Source: Cyclobacteriaceae bacterium (lineage in GTDB: Bacteria > Bacteroidota > Bacteroidia > Cytophagales > Cyclobacteriaceae). From it: a DNA stretch of 64,000 nucleotides. The DNA is taken from contig DATJHZ010000195.1 of assembly GCA_035493595.1 (NCBI GenBank), positions 5,664 through 69,663 on the forward strand. Direction: 5' to 3'. Below the pieces are notes generated by a model. That model did no database searches. It was not told the origin of the DNA and saw nothing but the letters and a program-made list of their open reading frames with translations. The translations under genes were made by a program, and so were the position numbers. Positions 9,402-18,076 of this stretch are shown here, piece after piece (within the stretch, counting starts at the first letter, position 1; every line of letters starts with the position of its first letter).

Positions 9402-10802
9402 ATGTATAAGATAATACGCAAACCACTATTACTCCTTCTTTTTTGCTTCTTCATTGCTTCTGTTGCCAAAGCTCAGTTTACCGTATCAGGTCAAGTCAGA
9501 ACCCGCACAGAATATCGTAACGGCCAGGGTACACCGCAAGTAAAAGATACAGCAGCGGCTGTATTTACATCGCAACGCACCAGGCTTAACTTCGGCTACA
9601 CCGGTTATCGCTTCAAACTTTTCAGTGCTATACAAGATGTGCGTGTCTGGGGACAGGATGCATCAACCATTAATCGCACAACTACTGATGCGAATGATGG
9701 ATTTATGTTGCATGAAGCCTGGGGTGAGATAAGCCTTGTTGATACTGGTAAAGTAGTAAAGAACTTTACGCTTAAAATCGGACGTCAGGAATTGGTGTAT
9801 GATGATGTGCGCTTACTCGGTAACCTTGACTGGTTGCAACAGGCACGTCGCCATGATGCCGCCTTGTTAAAGTTTGAACACAAGGGCTGGATGATTCACC
9901 TCGGCGCTGCTTACAATCAAAATGCAGAACGTAAATCGAACACTATCTATAACGGTACACCTACGGCTTACGCTGCAAGCACGAATGGCATGACAAACAA
10001 CTATAAGTCTATGCAATTCTTATACGTTGGAAAAAAACTTGCCTTTGGTAATGCTTCATTATTACTATTCAAAGATGATTTTAGCCGTTACCATTTTGCT
10101 GCTACCGATGTTAACAAGACTACACCAATCTATGATAAGGGAGTTAGAAGTCGTTATACAATGGGTGGTAATCTTTTTGGAACAGCGTTTCGCAAATTAG
10201 GTTTTGCAGCAACAGCATTCTATCAGGCTGGTCACTACAGAGATGGTACCAAGTTGAATGAATATTTATTGTCACTATCTACATCTTACGCACTAACAAG
10301 GAAGTTCAGTGTTGGACCTGGTGTTGATATCACTTCAGGAAACAATGGAAGTGATCCTACAAAAGCCAACAAAAGATTTGATCCCCTATATGGTACACCA
10401 CACAAATTCTGGGGTTATATGGATTACTTCTACGTAGCAGATGGCTTTAAATCAAATGGATTAATCGACTATTATTTAAAAGCGAAATATAAACTGAAAG
10501 ACAATTTAACCTTGACACTTGACGGACACCGTTTCGTATTGCCAAATGCAGTCATGGCAAGTGACAATGTGACACCAGTTAAAGAGAAAGCGTTAGGTAC
10601 TGAGATTGACTTTGTATTTAACTATGCCATGACAAAAGTAATAACCATCGAAGGTGGCTATTCAACTATGTTCTCTACGAACACCATGCTTTCTACGAAA
10701 GTAAAAGGTACTGCAAAAATCAATCAGACTACTGGTGCTAAAACATCTGACTGGGCCTACCTCATGATCTCTATCAAGCCTGACTTTACTTTCAAGAACT
10801 AA
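9402..10802 (+). CDS. Alginate-export-family outer-membrane porin (putative nitrate/nitrite porin)
   Basis: Signal peptide ending AKAQ, long beta-barrel pattern, C-terminal aromatic residue. Sits between narK and nrtA. Confidence 0.7.
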   Translation: MYKIIRKPLLLLLFCFFIASVAKAQFTVSGQVRTRTEYRNGQGTPQVKDTAAAVFTSQRTRLNFGYTGYRFKLFSAIQDVRVWGQDASTINRTTTDANDGFMLHEAWGEISLVDTGKVVKNFTLKIGRQELVYDDVRLLGNLDWLQQARRHDAALLKFEHKGWMIHLGAAYNQNAERKSNTIYNGTPTAYAASTNGMTNNYKSMQFLYVGKKLAFGNASLLLFKDDFSRYHFAATDVNKTTPIYDKGVRSRYTMGGNLFGTAFRKLGFAATAFYQAGHYRDGTKLNEYLLSLSTSYALTRKFSVGPGVDITSGNNGSDPTKANKRFDPLYGTPHKFWGYMDYFYVADGFKSNGLIDYYLKAKYKLKDNLTLTLDGHRFVLPNAVMASDNVTPVKEKALGTEIDFVFNYAMTKVITIEGGYSTMFSTNTMLSTKVKGTAKINQTTGAKTSDWAYLMISIKPDFTFKN

Positions 10803-10821
10803 TCTCTAAACAAGTCTTCTC

Positions 10822-12069
10822 ATGAAAAAATCAATATATAAATACATATTAACACTGGTGTTCATACCCGTAGTGTTATTGTTGCTGACTTCTGCTGCAC
10901 CTGTTAAAATGAATGTAGCGGATAAAGAATTAATCAAATTAGGATTTATTCCGCTTACGGATTGCGCGCCTATTGTTATGGCCAAAGAGCTTGGTCTTTT
11001 TGAAAAGTATGGTGTTAATGTTCAGGTTACAAAAGAAGCTTCATGGGCTAACGTGCGTGATAAACTATTGACAGGTGAGCTTGATGGAGCACATTGTTTG
11101 TTCAGCATGCCGTTTTCAGTATATACCGGCGTTGGTGGTAAAGAAGGTTCAGAGTTGAAAATAGCCATGGTATTAAATAACAATGGTCAGGCCATTACAC
11201 TATCAAAAGATTTTTGTGGTAAAGTAGGGTTTAAACAAACCAATAAAGTTGCAGCTGTTGTTGCAGCCAAACTTAAAGCAGAGAAAGAAGTAACATTTGC
11301 GATGACTTTCCCTGGTGGCACGCACGACATCTGGTTGCGTAACTGGTTAGCAGCCGCAGGTGTAAGTCAGAAGACCTCAAAAATTATCACTATCCCTCCA
11401 CCACAAATGGTAGCGAACATGAAAGTTGGTAACATGGATGCGTACTGTGTAGGTGAACCATGGAACGGTATGGCTGTAAAGATGGGCGTTGGTTTTACTG
11501 AAATCTCAACACAAGATATCTGGAAGCATCACCCTGAAAAAGCGTTAGTTGTAAATTCTAAATTCAGCGAAACCCGTCGTGAAGATTTAAAGAATGTAAT
11601 GAAAGCTATACTCGAAGCCTGTAAATGGTTAGATAATCGTGCAAACAGAAAGAAGGCTGCTGAGATTATTGGCAAGACGCCTTATGTAAACGCTGCAGCA
11701 GATGTGATTGAAGCTCGTCTGATGGGTGACTATAACTTAGGTTGCGATCAGGGAACTGAAATTTATACAGATAACTATATGTTGTTTCACAGAAACGGTG
11801 AAACTAATTTCCCACGTAAATCACATGCTATCTGGTTTATGGCGCAATACATGCGATTTGATTATCTGAAAGAAGCTCCAGACTATAAGGCTATCGCTGA
11901 TAAAATTATTCTTCAGGATCTTTATAAAGAAGTTGCTACAAGTATGAAGATCAAAATTCCGACAGATGATATGAAACCATTTGCATTGGAGATTGATAAG
12001 GTGTCATTCGACCCGAATAACCCTGCTGATTATCTCACTCGAATTAAAGCAAAGAACATTAACCAGTAA
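10822..12069 (+). CDS. nrtA: ABC nitrate transporter substrate-binding protein (CmpA/NrtA family)
   Basis: 415 aa, N-terminal anchor, NrtA-like motifs (LGFIPLTDCAPIV, GEPWN). Confidence 0.8.
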   Translation: MKKSIYKYILTLVFIPVVLLLLTSAAPVKMNVADKELIKLGFIPLTDCAPIVMAKELGLFEKYGVNVQVTKEASWANVRDKLLTGELDGAHCLFSMPFSVYTGVGGKEGSELKIAMVLNNNGQAITLSKDFCGKVGFKQTNKVAAVVAAKLKAEKEVTFAMTFPGGTHDIWLRNWLAAAGVSQKTSKIITIPPPQMVANMKVGNMDAYCVGEPWNGMAVKMGVGFTEISTQDIWKHHPEKALVVNSKFSETRREDLKNVMKAILEACKWLDNRANRKKAAEIIGKTPYVNAAADVIEARLMGDYNLGCDQGTEIYTDNYMLFHRNGETNFPRKSHAIWFMAQYMRFDYLKEAPDYKAIADKIILQDLYKEVATSMKIKIPTDDMKPFALEIDKVSFDPNNPADYLTRIKAKNINQ

Positions 12070-12085
12070 TGATCAATTGAATTAA

Positions 12086-12097
12086 TCGTCATGACGA
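12086..12097. promoter_or_regulatory. Perfect 12-bp palindrome TCGTCATGACGA (copy 1)
   Basis: Self-complementary 12-mer in the nrtA-nrtB spacer, identical to the copy at 12120-12131. Confidence 0.5.
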
Positions 12098-12119
12098 AAC
12101 AGGTAAAAACCTTTCAATA

Positions 12120-12131
12120 TCGTCATGACGA
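12120..12131. promoter_or_regulatory. Perfect 12-bp palindrome TCGTCATGACGA (copy 2)
   Basis: Identical to 12086-12097, centred 34 nt downstream. It contains the ATG at 12125 that the ORF track uses as the nrtB start. Confidence 0.5.
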
Positions 12132-12160
12132 TTCTCATCCATCTCTTAACAAGTATAAGT

Positions 12161-13018
12161 ATGAAGAAAGATGCAACTGTAATGGCTTCCATTACAAGTG
12201 AAGGTGAAAGTCCGTCAACAATAAATGTTCTGGTATCTGGTTTTGCAAGTAAGGCATTGAGTTTTTTGAAAAGCTCTATGTATAGTTTAATTGGTTTTGC
12301 TGTTCTTATTGGTGGCTGGCAACTTGTCAGTATTGTAACCAAGGGAGAGTTACCAACTCCGGCAGCAACGTTAACAGTATTACTGGAGCTTTTAAAAGAT
12401 CCGTTTTATGATTATGGTCCGAACGATAAAGGTATTGCACTGCAATTGTTCAGTTCTCTTGGCAGAGTATTCCTTGGTTTTTTCCTGGGATCATTAGTAG
12501 CAATTCCTATCGGATTGCTGATGGGCGCTAATGAATTTTCCCGAAAAGTATTTTATCCTATCGTGCAGATTTTAAAACCTGTTTCACCGTTGGCATGGTT
12601 TCCTATTGGCCTTGTTGCTTTTCAGTCGGCGAGTCAGGCAACCATCTTTATTATTTTTATTACGTCATTATGGCCTACATTAATCAATACATCTTTTGGT
12701 GTAGCGTCTATTCCTGATGATCATAAGAATGTTGCCAAGGCTTTCGGTTTTTCAAAGTGGAAATATCTGACAAAGGTGTTAATTCCATTCAGCTTACCAC
12801 ACATCATCACTGGACTTCGATTGAGTATTGGTGTGGCGTGGCTTGTTATTGTTGCTGGTGAAATGTTATCTGGTGGAATGGGCATCGGTTTTTTTGTATG
12901 GGATAGCTGGAACGCATTAAGCCTTGAGAAAGTTATTTCTGCAATTCTGATCATTGGTATTGTGGGTCTGTTACTCGATCGGATATTTTCATTCATCGAA
13001 AAGAAAGTCACATATTAG
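12161..13018 (+). CDS. nrtB: ABC nitrate transporter permease
   Basis: BPD-type permease with multiple TM segments. The start is uncertain, with candidates at 12125, 12161 and 12182. Confidence 0.8.
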   Translation: MKKDATVMASITSEGESPSTINVLVSGFASKALSFLKSSMYSLIGFAVLIGGWQLVSIVTKGELPTPAATLTVLLELLKDPFYDYGPNDKGIALQLFSSLGRVFLGFFLGSLVAIPIGLLMGANEFSRKVFYPIVQILKPVSPLAWFPIGLVAFQSASQATIFIIFITSLWPTLINTSFGVASIPDDHKNVAKAFGFSKWKYLTKVLIPFSLPHIITGLRLSIGVAWLVIVAGEMLSGGMGIGFFVWDSWNALSLEKVISAILIIGIVGLLLDRIFSFIEKKVTY

Positions 13019-13053
13019 TATAAGCGCTGATTTTAAAACATTAAAGAAATTAT

Positions 13054-13869
13054 ATGAGCTATCTGAAAGTAGAAAATATGGAGATTGCTTTTCAATCTGC
13101 GAAAGGCAAATTTGTAGCCGTAAAAGATATTAATCTTGAAATAGAAAAAGGACAGATAATATCTATCATTGGTCACTCAGGTTGTGGTAAGTCAACCATC
13201 ATGAATGCTATAGCTGGTATGACATTTCCATCAAAAGGAAAAGTTACGTTGGCAGGAAGAGAAATTAAAGGACCAGGACCAGATCGTGGAATAGTTTTCC
13301 AAAACTATTCACTATTGCCATGGCTTACAGTATATCAGAACATATTCGAAGCTGTTGATGCAGCTCTTAAAGAACCTTCTAAAAGTGAGAAGCAGGCTTT
13401 GGTAGAAAAATACCTGAAGATGGTAAACTTGTGGGATCATCGCGAAAAATATCCGAGCCAGATTTCAGGTGGTATGAAGCAACGTACAGCTATAGCCCGT
13501 GCTTTTGCTATTGATCCTGAAGTGTTGTTATTGGATGAACCCTTTGGTGCGCTTGATGCTCTCACAAAAGCTTCGTTGCATATCGAGTTGCTCAAGCTTT
13601 GGAATCTTACTCATCGCAGTAAGACCATCATCATGGTAACACATGACATCGAGGAGGCTGTGTTCTTATCTGATCGCATTGTTGTAATGAACAATGGTCC
13701 CGCGGCAACTATTCGTGAAATTGAAGAGGTGCACTTGCCACGGCCACGAAATAAGATGGACACCGTTAACTTGCCAGAATATAGAGAGATTCGTGAACGT
13801 CTGCTAAGCTTACTGGTAGAGAAAGTGTCTATTGATGCTGACGACTTTTATAAAGAAGATGCAGCCTGA
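13054..13869 (+). CDS. nrtD: ABC nitrate transporter ATP-binding protein
   Basis: Walker A GHSGCGKST, signature ISGGMKQR, Walker B LLLDEPFGALD. Confidence 0.8.
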   Translation: MSYLKVENMEIAFQSAKGKFVAVKDINLEIEKGQIISIIGHSGCGKSTIMNAIAGMTFPSKGKVTLAGREIKGPGPDRGIVFQNYSLLPWLTVYQNIFEAVDAALKEPSKSEKQALVEKYLKMVNLWDHREKYPSQISGGMKQRTAIARAFAIDPEVLLLDEPFGALDALTKASLHIELLKLWNLTHRSKTIIMVTHDIEEAVFLSDRIVVMNNGPAATIREIEEVHLPRPRNKMDTVNLPEYREIRERLLSLLVEKVSIDADDFYKEDAA

Positions 13870-14043
13870 TTGGGGCATCCCTGACTCTAAATAATTTCTC
13901 AATTTTTGATCATTGAAACCAAAGCATAGCTGAACAATTGTGTTATTAAATTGCTTTCGGAGAGCAATCTGGAGTAAACTCTTAATGAACTGATTGTAAG
14001 GCAAATCTTTATGATAATTGACGTCCAACCAACGGGTAACCCT

Positions 14044-14070
14044 TTATGAAAACGTTTTCATAAGTTTTTT
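14044..14070 (+). terminator. 20-bp perfect palindrome plus T-run (intrinsic-terminator-like, or an operator)
   Basis: TTATGAAAACGTTTTCATAA (14044-14063) followed by GTTTTTTATTT. It lies 175 nt after the nrtD stop and about 125 nt before the next start. Confidence 0.45.
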
Positions 14071-14188
14071 ATTTGGTACACGGCAATTCTCAAGTGCCAA
14101 AAAATCCGGTTTTACCTCGAAGTACACCAATGGTATTAGGAATCTTTTTCCATAAGTGTATATTTAGCGTTAATACTTAAATTAACCT

Positions 14189-14854
14189 ATGAGTTTTGAG
14201 AGTGAATTGAAGAAGATATATTCTTTTGATGAGGGGAATGCAGGTAATGAACTTCAAACTTCAAGGCATATCTTAAAGGCTTTATATGAAAGCACACAGT
14301 CATCAATTTATGTTATATCGGCTGACTATAAGATAATATTCTTTAACAAGAAGGCAGCTGATGGGAGCAGACTTCTCTTCGGCACTGAGCTAGTCATTGG
14401 CGAAAGTATTTTAGAAACTCTTAGGCCTCATAGTGATGATGCATACACAGCCTTTAAACGAAATCTCGAACTGGCACTAGCTGGTACAGCAACAGTAAGT
14501 GAACGTGAACTTCAATACCCTGGCTTTTCAACATGGATCAGGGCGGAGTACTCGCCGGTATACGAGGATCAGAAAATTGTAGCAGTTTGTTTTCGTATAA
14601 AAGAAATCAATGATAGAAAACAATTTGAAGGGCAAATAGAAAAGCAAAACGACCGCCTCAAAGAAATAGCGTGGATCCAATCGCATGAAACGCGTCAGCC
14701 TGTGGCAACTATTCTGGGTCTGATTAATATTCTTGATAAGAAAACCTTAACGGAAGATAACAGAGAGATCGTGGCACTTTTGGAAAAGACAATAGTGAAG
14801 CTTGATGAAGTAATCCGTGATACGATCGTCAAAGCCAACTCCCTCCAGCGATAA
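14189..14854 (+). CDS. PAS domain protein with a HisKA-like DHp segment and no HATPase domain
   Basis: The N-terminal ~130 aa are PAS-like. A coiled coil follows, then H-box-like WIQSHETRQPVATILGLINIL. The ORF ends about 55 aa later with no N/G1/G2 boxes. Confidence 0.7.
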   Translation: MSFESELKKIYSFDEGNAGNELQTSRHILKALYESTQSSIYVISADYKIIFFNKKAADGSRLLFGTELVIGESILETLRPHSDDAYTAFKRNLELALAGTATVSERELQYPGFSTWIRAEYSPVYEDQKIVAVCFRIKEINDRKQFEGQIEKQNDRLKEIAWIQSHETRQPVATILGLINILDKKTLTEDNREIVALLEKTIVKLDEVIRDTIVKANSLQR

Positions 14855-14988
14855 GCCTGCATTCAGAACACCCATCACATTATTAAAATGAGATCCAGAA
14901 TTTTGAACTGGAATAATCCTGTCACTCCTTCGGAGTTTTAATCAGTTCAATTTTACTATTTCTATAATCATATCAGCCAGATAGGATT

Positions 14989-15056
14989 CCCAATGACTGC
15001 CAACTATTGACCATGGACTATCGACCATGAACTGATGACTAACTGATCTGGTCGAA
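14989..15056 (+). repeat. Heptamer-periodic TGAC-type degenerate repeat
   Basis: GAC/GAA/GAT triplets recur at 14995, 15009, 15016, 15023, 15029/30 and 15037, steps of about 7 or 14 nt. Shares CTATTGAC..TATCGAC..CTGATGACTA with 41866-41896 and 42788-42818. Confidence 0.7.
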
Positions 15057-15140
15057 ATAACAAAAACTGAAACTGTTATTCACTCGTATTATAAGCAACA
15101 TTTGTAATGTCATTTAGCTATTTAAACTACATCGCTATTG

Positions 15141-15890
15141 ATGAGAACTCTACTTGTTGTTTCTGTTTTTACTATCGCATTGCCAGCCTCTGGTATGTAT
15201 CTGGATGTAGCAGATACAACTCGCTCAACAATTGTTGAAAAAAAATCAAATGCGAGACTTAATGTGCGACTTCATTCTGCTGGGTTGTTTGCATACTCAG
15301 GACGGATTGTTTGTAGTAACCCTGTAGTGGACGTTAATTTTACCTATGAACGTAAATCATGGGGATATATGTTTTTTAAAGCTGAAGATCTTAAAGATGG
15401 AAGAACAGATATCAATTTTGCACTGACAGGTTTTTATACGAACATCCATGTAAGCAAAAAATTGACTGTTACACCATTTGTAGCATTCAGAATGGAGCAG
15501 ACAACTAAAATAGCAGACAAAGGTTCTGATGCCATCTTTATTGTCACCACAGCGTATCGTTTTCATCACGATTGGATACTTGATAACAGTTCTCTACTTA
15601 GCAATATCATGCTGGAGAAAAAAGATATGGATTGGATTAACCGATTCAGATTGCTGTATTCACATAAGCACATTGATGCAGGGCTCATGGTGTGGAATAA
15701 CACCAAGGTTTTAAACAATGACCATTATGTTTCTGGCGGAATGAATGTTGCCTATAGCCGCATAAAACTATCTGACCATTTGTTGATGAGTGCGGGCATG
15801 ACAGGCATTGTGATGATGACAACATCTGATACCAGCGAATTTCCCAAAACAAATGGATTGGTGTTTACGCTGGCAGCAACGTTACACTAA
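15141..15890 (+). CDS. Hypothetical secreted / outer-membrane beta-barrel-like protein
   Basis: Signal-peptide-like N-terminus and alternating hydrophobic pattern. The ATG at 15141 is preferred over the TTG at 15138. Confidence 0.5.
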   Translation: MRTLLVVSVFTIALPASGMYLDVADTTRSTIVEKKSNARLNVRLHSAGLFAYSGRIVCSNPVVDVNFTYERKSWGYMFFKAEDLKDGRTDINFALTGFYTNIHVSKKLTVTPFVAFRMEQTTKIADKGSDAIFIVTTAYRFHHDWILDNSSLLSNIMLEKKDMDWINRFRLLYSHKHIDAGLMVWNNTKVLNNDHYVSGGMNVAYSRIKLSDHLLMSAGMTGIVMMTTSDTSEFPKTNGLVFTLAATLH

Positions 15891-15941
15891 AATAATGTAC
15901 TTTGTGAAAGAATATAAATTGAAACTTAACGATAATTAATC

Positions 15942-16430
15942 ATGGCGCTTACTGTATCAGATGGCTTTCCCTATTATGCTTCGCTTGTAAAGAATTTGAA
16001 TGAGTCATTTCATTCAGAAGAGAATTTTAATCTATTATCACGTCTTACTCCAGAACAGTGGAGTTATGCGTATGCTTCAGGCAAATGGACTATCAAACAA
16101 ATTGTGGGACACATTACAGATCATGAACGGATCATGTCATACCGCATATTACGTTTTAGCAGAAAGGATTCAACATCATTACCAGGTTATGATCAAGACC
16201 TGATGGTTAATAACAGTCGATTTAATGATTTGGGTGGAAGTGATTTGTTAGAAGATTTACGGAACGTAAGAAAAGCAACGCTTAGCCTGATGAAATCATT
16301 ATCGCCAGAGCAGCTGCAGTTAACAGGTAAAGCATGGAAGTATGAACTAACCGTAGAAGAGTTTCTCAAAGCAACTATCGGTCATGAGTTACATCATTTC
16401 ATTGTTCTGCACGAACGATATTTGAAGTGA
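15942..16430 (+). CDS. DinB-family protein
   Basis: DinB_2 His triad pattern (HITDHERI ... HELHH). Confidence 0.8.
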   Translation: MALTVSDGFPYYASLVKNLNESFHSEENFNLLSRLTPEQWSYAYASGKWTIKQIVGHITDHERIMSYRILRFSRKDSTSLPGYDQDLMVNNSRFNDLGGSDLLEDLRNVRKATLSLMKSLSPEQLQLTGKAWKYELTVEEFLKATIGHELHHFIVLHERYLK

Positions 16431-16449
16431 TTCAAAATCTTACTTTAAT

Positions 16450-17031
16450 TTAAAGCAAGTTGTTGAGTTTGGCGTACTGCAATAACATAATGGTTTTACC
16501 ATCTTTGATTTCGCCTGTATCAATCATTTGCAAAGCCTGAAAGAAGGGGAGTTCCATTACCTGGATATTCTCCTGCTCATGTTCTGCACCACCGCCATCA
16601 CTCACCTTCATGTTTTTAGAATACTCAGCAACAAAGAAGTATAGTATTTCCGTTACTGAACCTGGCGACATATACGCTTCAAAAATTTTACGCACATCCG
16701 TTACTTTGTAACCGGTTTCTTCCTCCGTTTCACGACGAATGCAATCTTCAGGATTATCCTTGTCAAGTAAACCGGCACAGGCTTCAATGAGCATGCCTGT
16801 TGTGTTACCATTAACATATGTTGGTATTCTGAATTGTCGCGTTAAAATAACCGTCTTCAGTGTTTTGTTATAGAGCAAGATGGTAGCTCCATTTCCGCGG
16901 TCATAAGCCTCCCTGCTTTGTGTCTGCCATATGCCATCAGCAGTCTGAATGTCGAACGTTATTTTACGTAATGTATACCAGTTATTAGAGAGTACTTCGG
17001 TATTTGTAATTTTAACATTCAGATCTTTCAT
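16450..17031 (-). CDS. nudK: NUDIX hydrolase, GDP-mannose pyrophosphatase NudK-like
   Basis: As recalled, close to E. coli NudK along its length ([19 protein letters not shown], Nudix box [15 protein letters not shown]). Confidence 0.8.
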   Translation of the reverse strand: MKDLNVKITNTEVLSNNWYTLRKITFDIQTADGIWQTQSREAYDRGNGATILLYNKTLKTVILTRQFRIPTYVNGNTTGMLIEACAGLLDKDNPEDCIRRETEEETGYKVTDVRKIFEAYMSPGSVTEILYFFVAEYSKNMKVSDGGGAEHEQENIQVMELPFFQALQMIDTGEIKDGKTIMLLQYAKLNNLL

Positions 17032-17075
17032 GGAAGAGTTATCAGTTAATAGTTGAAATGCGTCAAGAACTTAAC

Positions 17076-17101
17076 GTCGCACAGTGCATTTTATGTGCGA
17101 C
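17076..17101. other. 8-bp stem-loop in the nudK/hydrolase intergenic region
   Basis: GTCGCACA pairs with TGTGCGAC around a 10-nt loop. No clear T-run. Confidence 0.3.
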
Positions 17102-17163
17102 AAATTTGTGTGAGTTCTAACTAACGTGAATTACTCGCTAAGGTTACTGATTCCATTCCAATT

Positions 17164-18033
17164 CTAATCCTTTATCTCCATTACAGTTTCAAAATTGTTT
17201 TCATGCACAAAGTTCACTACCTCCGCAATTACACTCTTCGATTTTAAATTATGCCCAAGCCCTGAGGTGGTAACTAATTTTGAGAGAGGCCAGTTATTGT
17301 GAATCGCAACCCCGTAATGATAAGGCGTTTCTTTGTCTTCTGTATCATGAATAATCAAACCCGGTATCGTTACATCAATGGCAAATTTAGAAGTCGAATA
17401 ATGAGTAATAGGATTACCAAACACTTTTGTAAAATGTGCAAGAATCAGTGCAACGCTCTTATCTGAAAGCTTTAATGTCTGTTTATAAAATTCTATAAAG
17501 TCACTGGCTTCACCAGGAGGTGCCATTAATATCAATTTTGAAACAGGTAAAGTTTGTTGCTGATGAAATGCATGTAACATAGCGAAACTTCCTACCGAGT
17601 GGCAAACAATGGTATGAACCGCGCCAATCGATCCAAGCAATTGTTGAATAGCGGCACTGTAATATGGTACAGAAAGAAAATTACCTTCAGAAAGACCATG
17701 ACCCGGAGCATCCATGGCATAAACAGTATACTCATCTTTTGAGAATGACTCTATATAGGCCTTCCACCGAAAGGTGTGACTTTCCCAACCATGTAGAAAA
17801 AGAACCTTCTTCGCACCATTACCCCAACGATAGCCTTGAATCGAAAGTCCATCATGTTCAAACGTAAACATGTCAGCCGAATGCAGAAACTGCTTTTGAT
17901 AATCTTTCAACGGCGTACGAAATGGCCGGCAGAAAAGTTTGAATCCGTGACGGGCAGCAATGGATGGGAGAATATAAGCCATCAGATTGATGTAAATTCC
18001 TGCAAGTGTTGGGATGATCTTTTTCATAAGCAT
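17164..18033 (-). CDS. Alpha/beta hydrolase
   Basis: HGW oxyanion motif and nucleophile elbow HSVGS. Confidence 0.8.
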   Translation of the reverse strand: MLMKKIIPTLAGIYINLMAYILPSIAARHGFKLFCRPFRTPLKDYQKQFLHSADMFTFEHDGLSIQGYRWGNGAKKVLFLHGWESHTFRWKAYIESFSKDEYTVYAMDAPGHGLSEGNFLSVPYYSAAIQQLLGSIGAVHTIVCHSVGSFAMLHAFHQQQTLPVSKLILMAPPGEASDFIEFYKQTLKLSDKSVALILAHFTKVFGNPITHYSTSKFAIDVTIPGLIIHDTEDKETPYHYGVAIHNNWPLSKLVTTSGLGHNLKSKSVIAEVVNFVHENNFETVMEIKD

Positions 18034-18042
18034 TTATTTATA

Positions 18043-18060
18043 AGATACCGTTTGGTATCT
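18043..18060. promoter_or_regulatory. Palindromic operator AGATACC-N4-GGTATCT upstream of the hydrolase gene
   Basis: AGATACCGTTTGGTATCT lies 10 nt upstream of the hydrolase start. Its half-sites are the same as at 18674-18691. Confidence 0.65.
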
Positions 18061-18076
18061 ATATGGTTAAAAAAAA

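Noticed and set aside
12082-12342. 86-aa minus-strand ORF starting at the twin palindromes.
   Set aside because: It is antisense to the nrtB 5' region, and its apparent start is created by the palindrome itself.
13810-14028. 72-aa minus-strand ORF in the nrtD/PAS spacer.
   Set aside because: It overlaps the nrtD 3' end and has no motif. The spacer is better explained as regulatory, 3' UTR, or small-RNA space.
14855-15137. Remnant of a kinase ATPase domain downstream of the PAS-DHp gene (a frameshifted pseudogene).
   Set aside because: The continuation I translated after the stop gives no N-box or G-box motifs. The region instead holds a weak hairpin (14924-14936) and the heptamer repeat.
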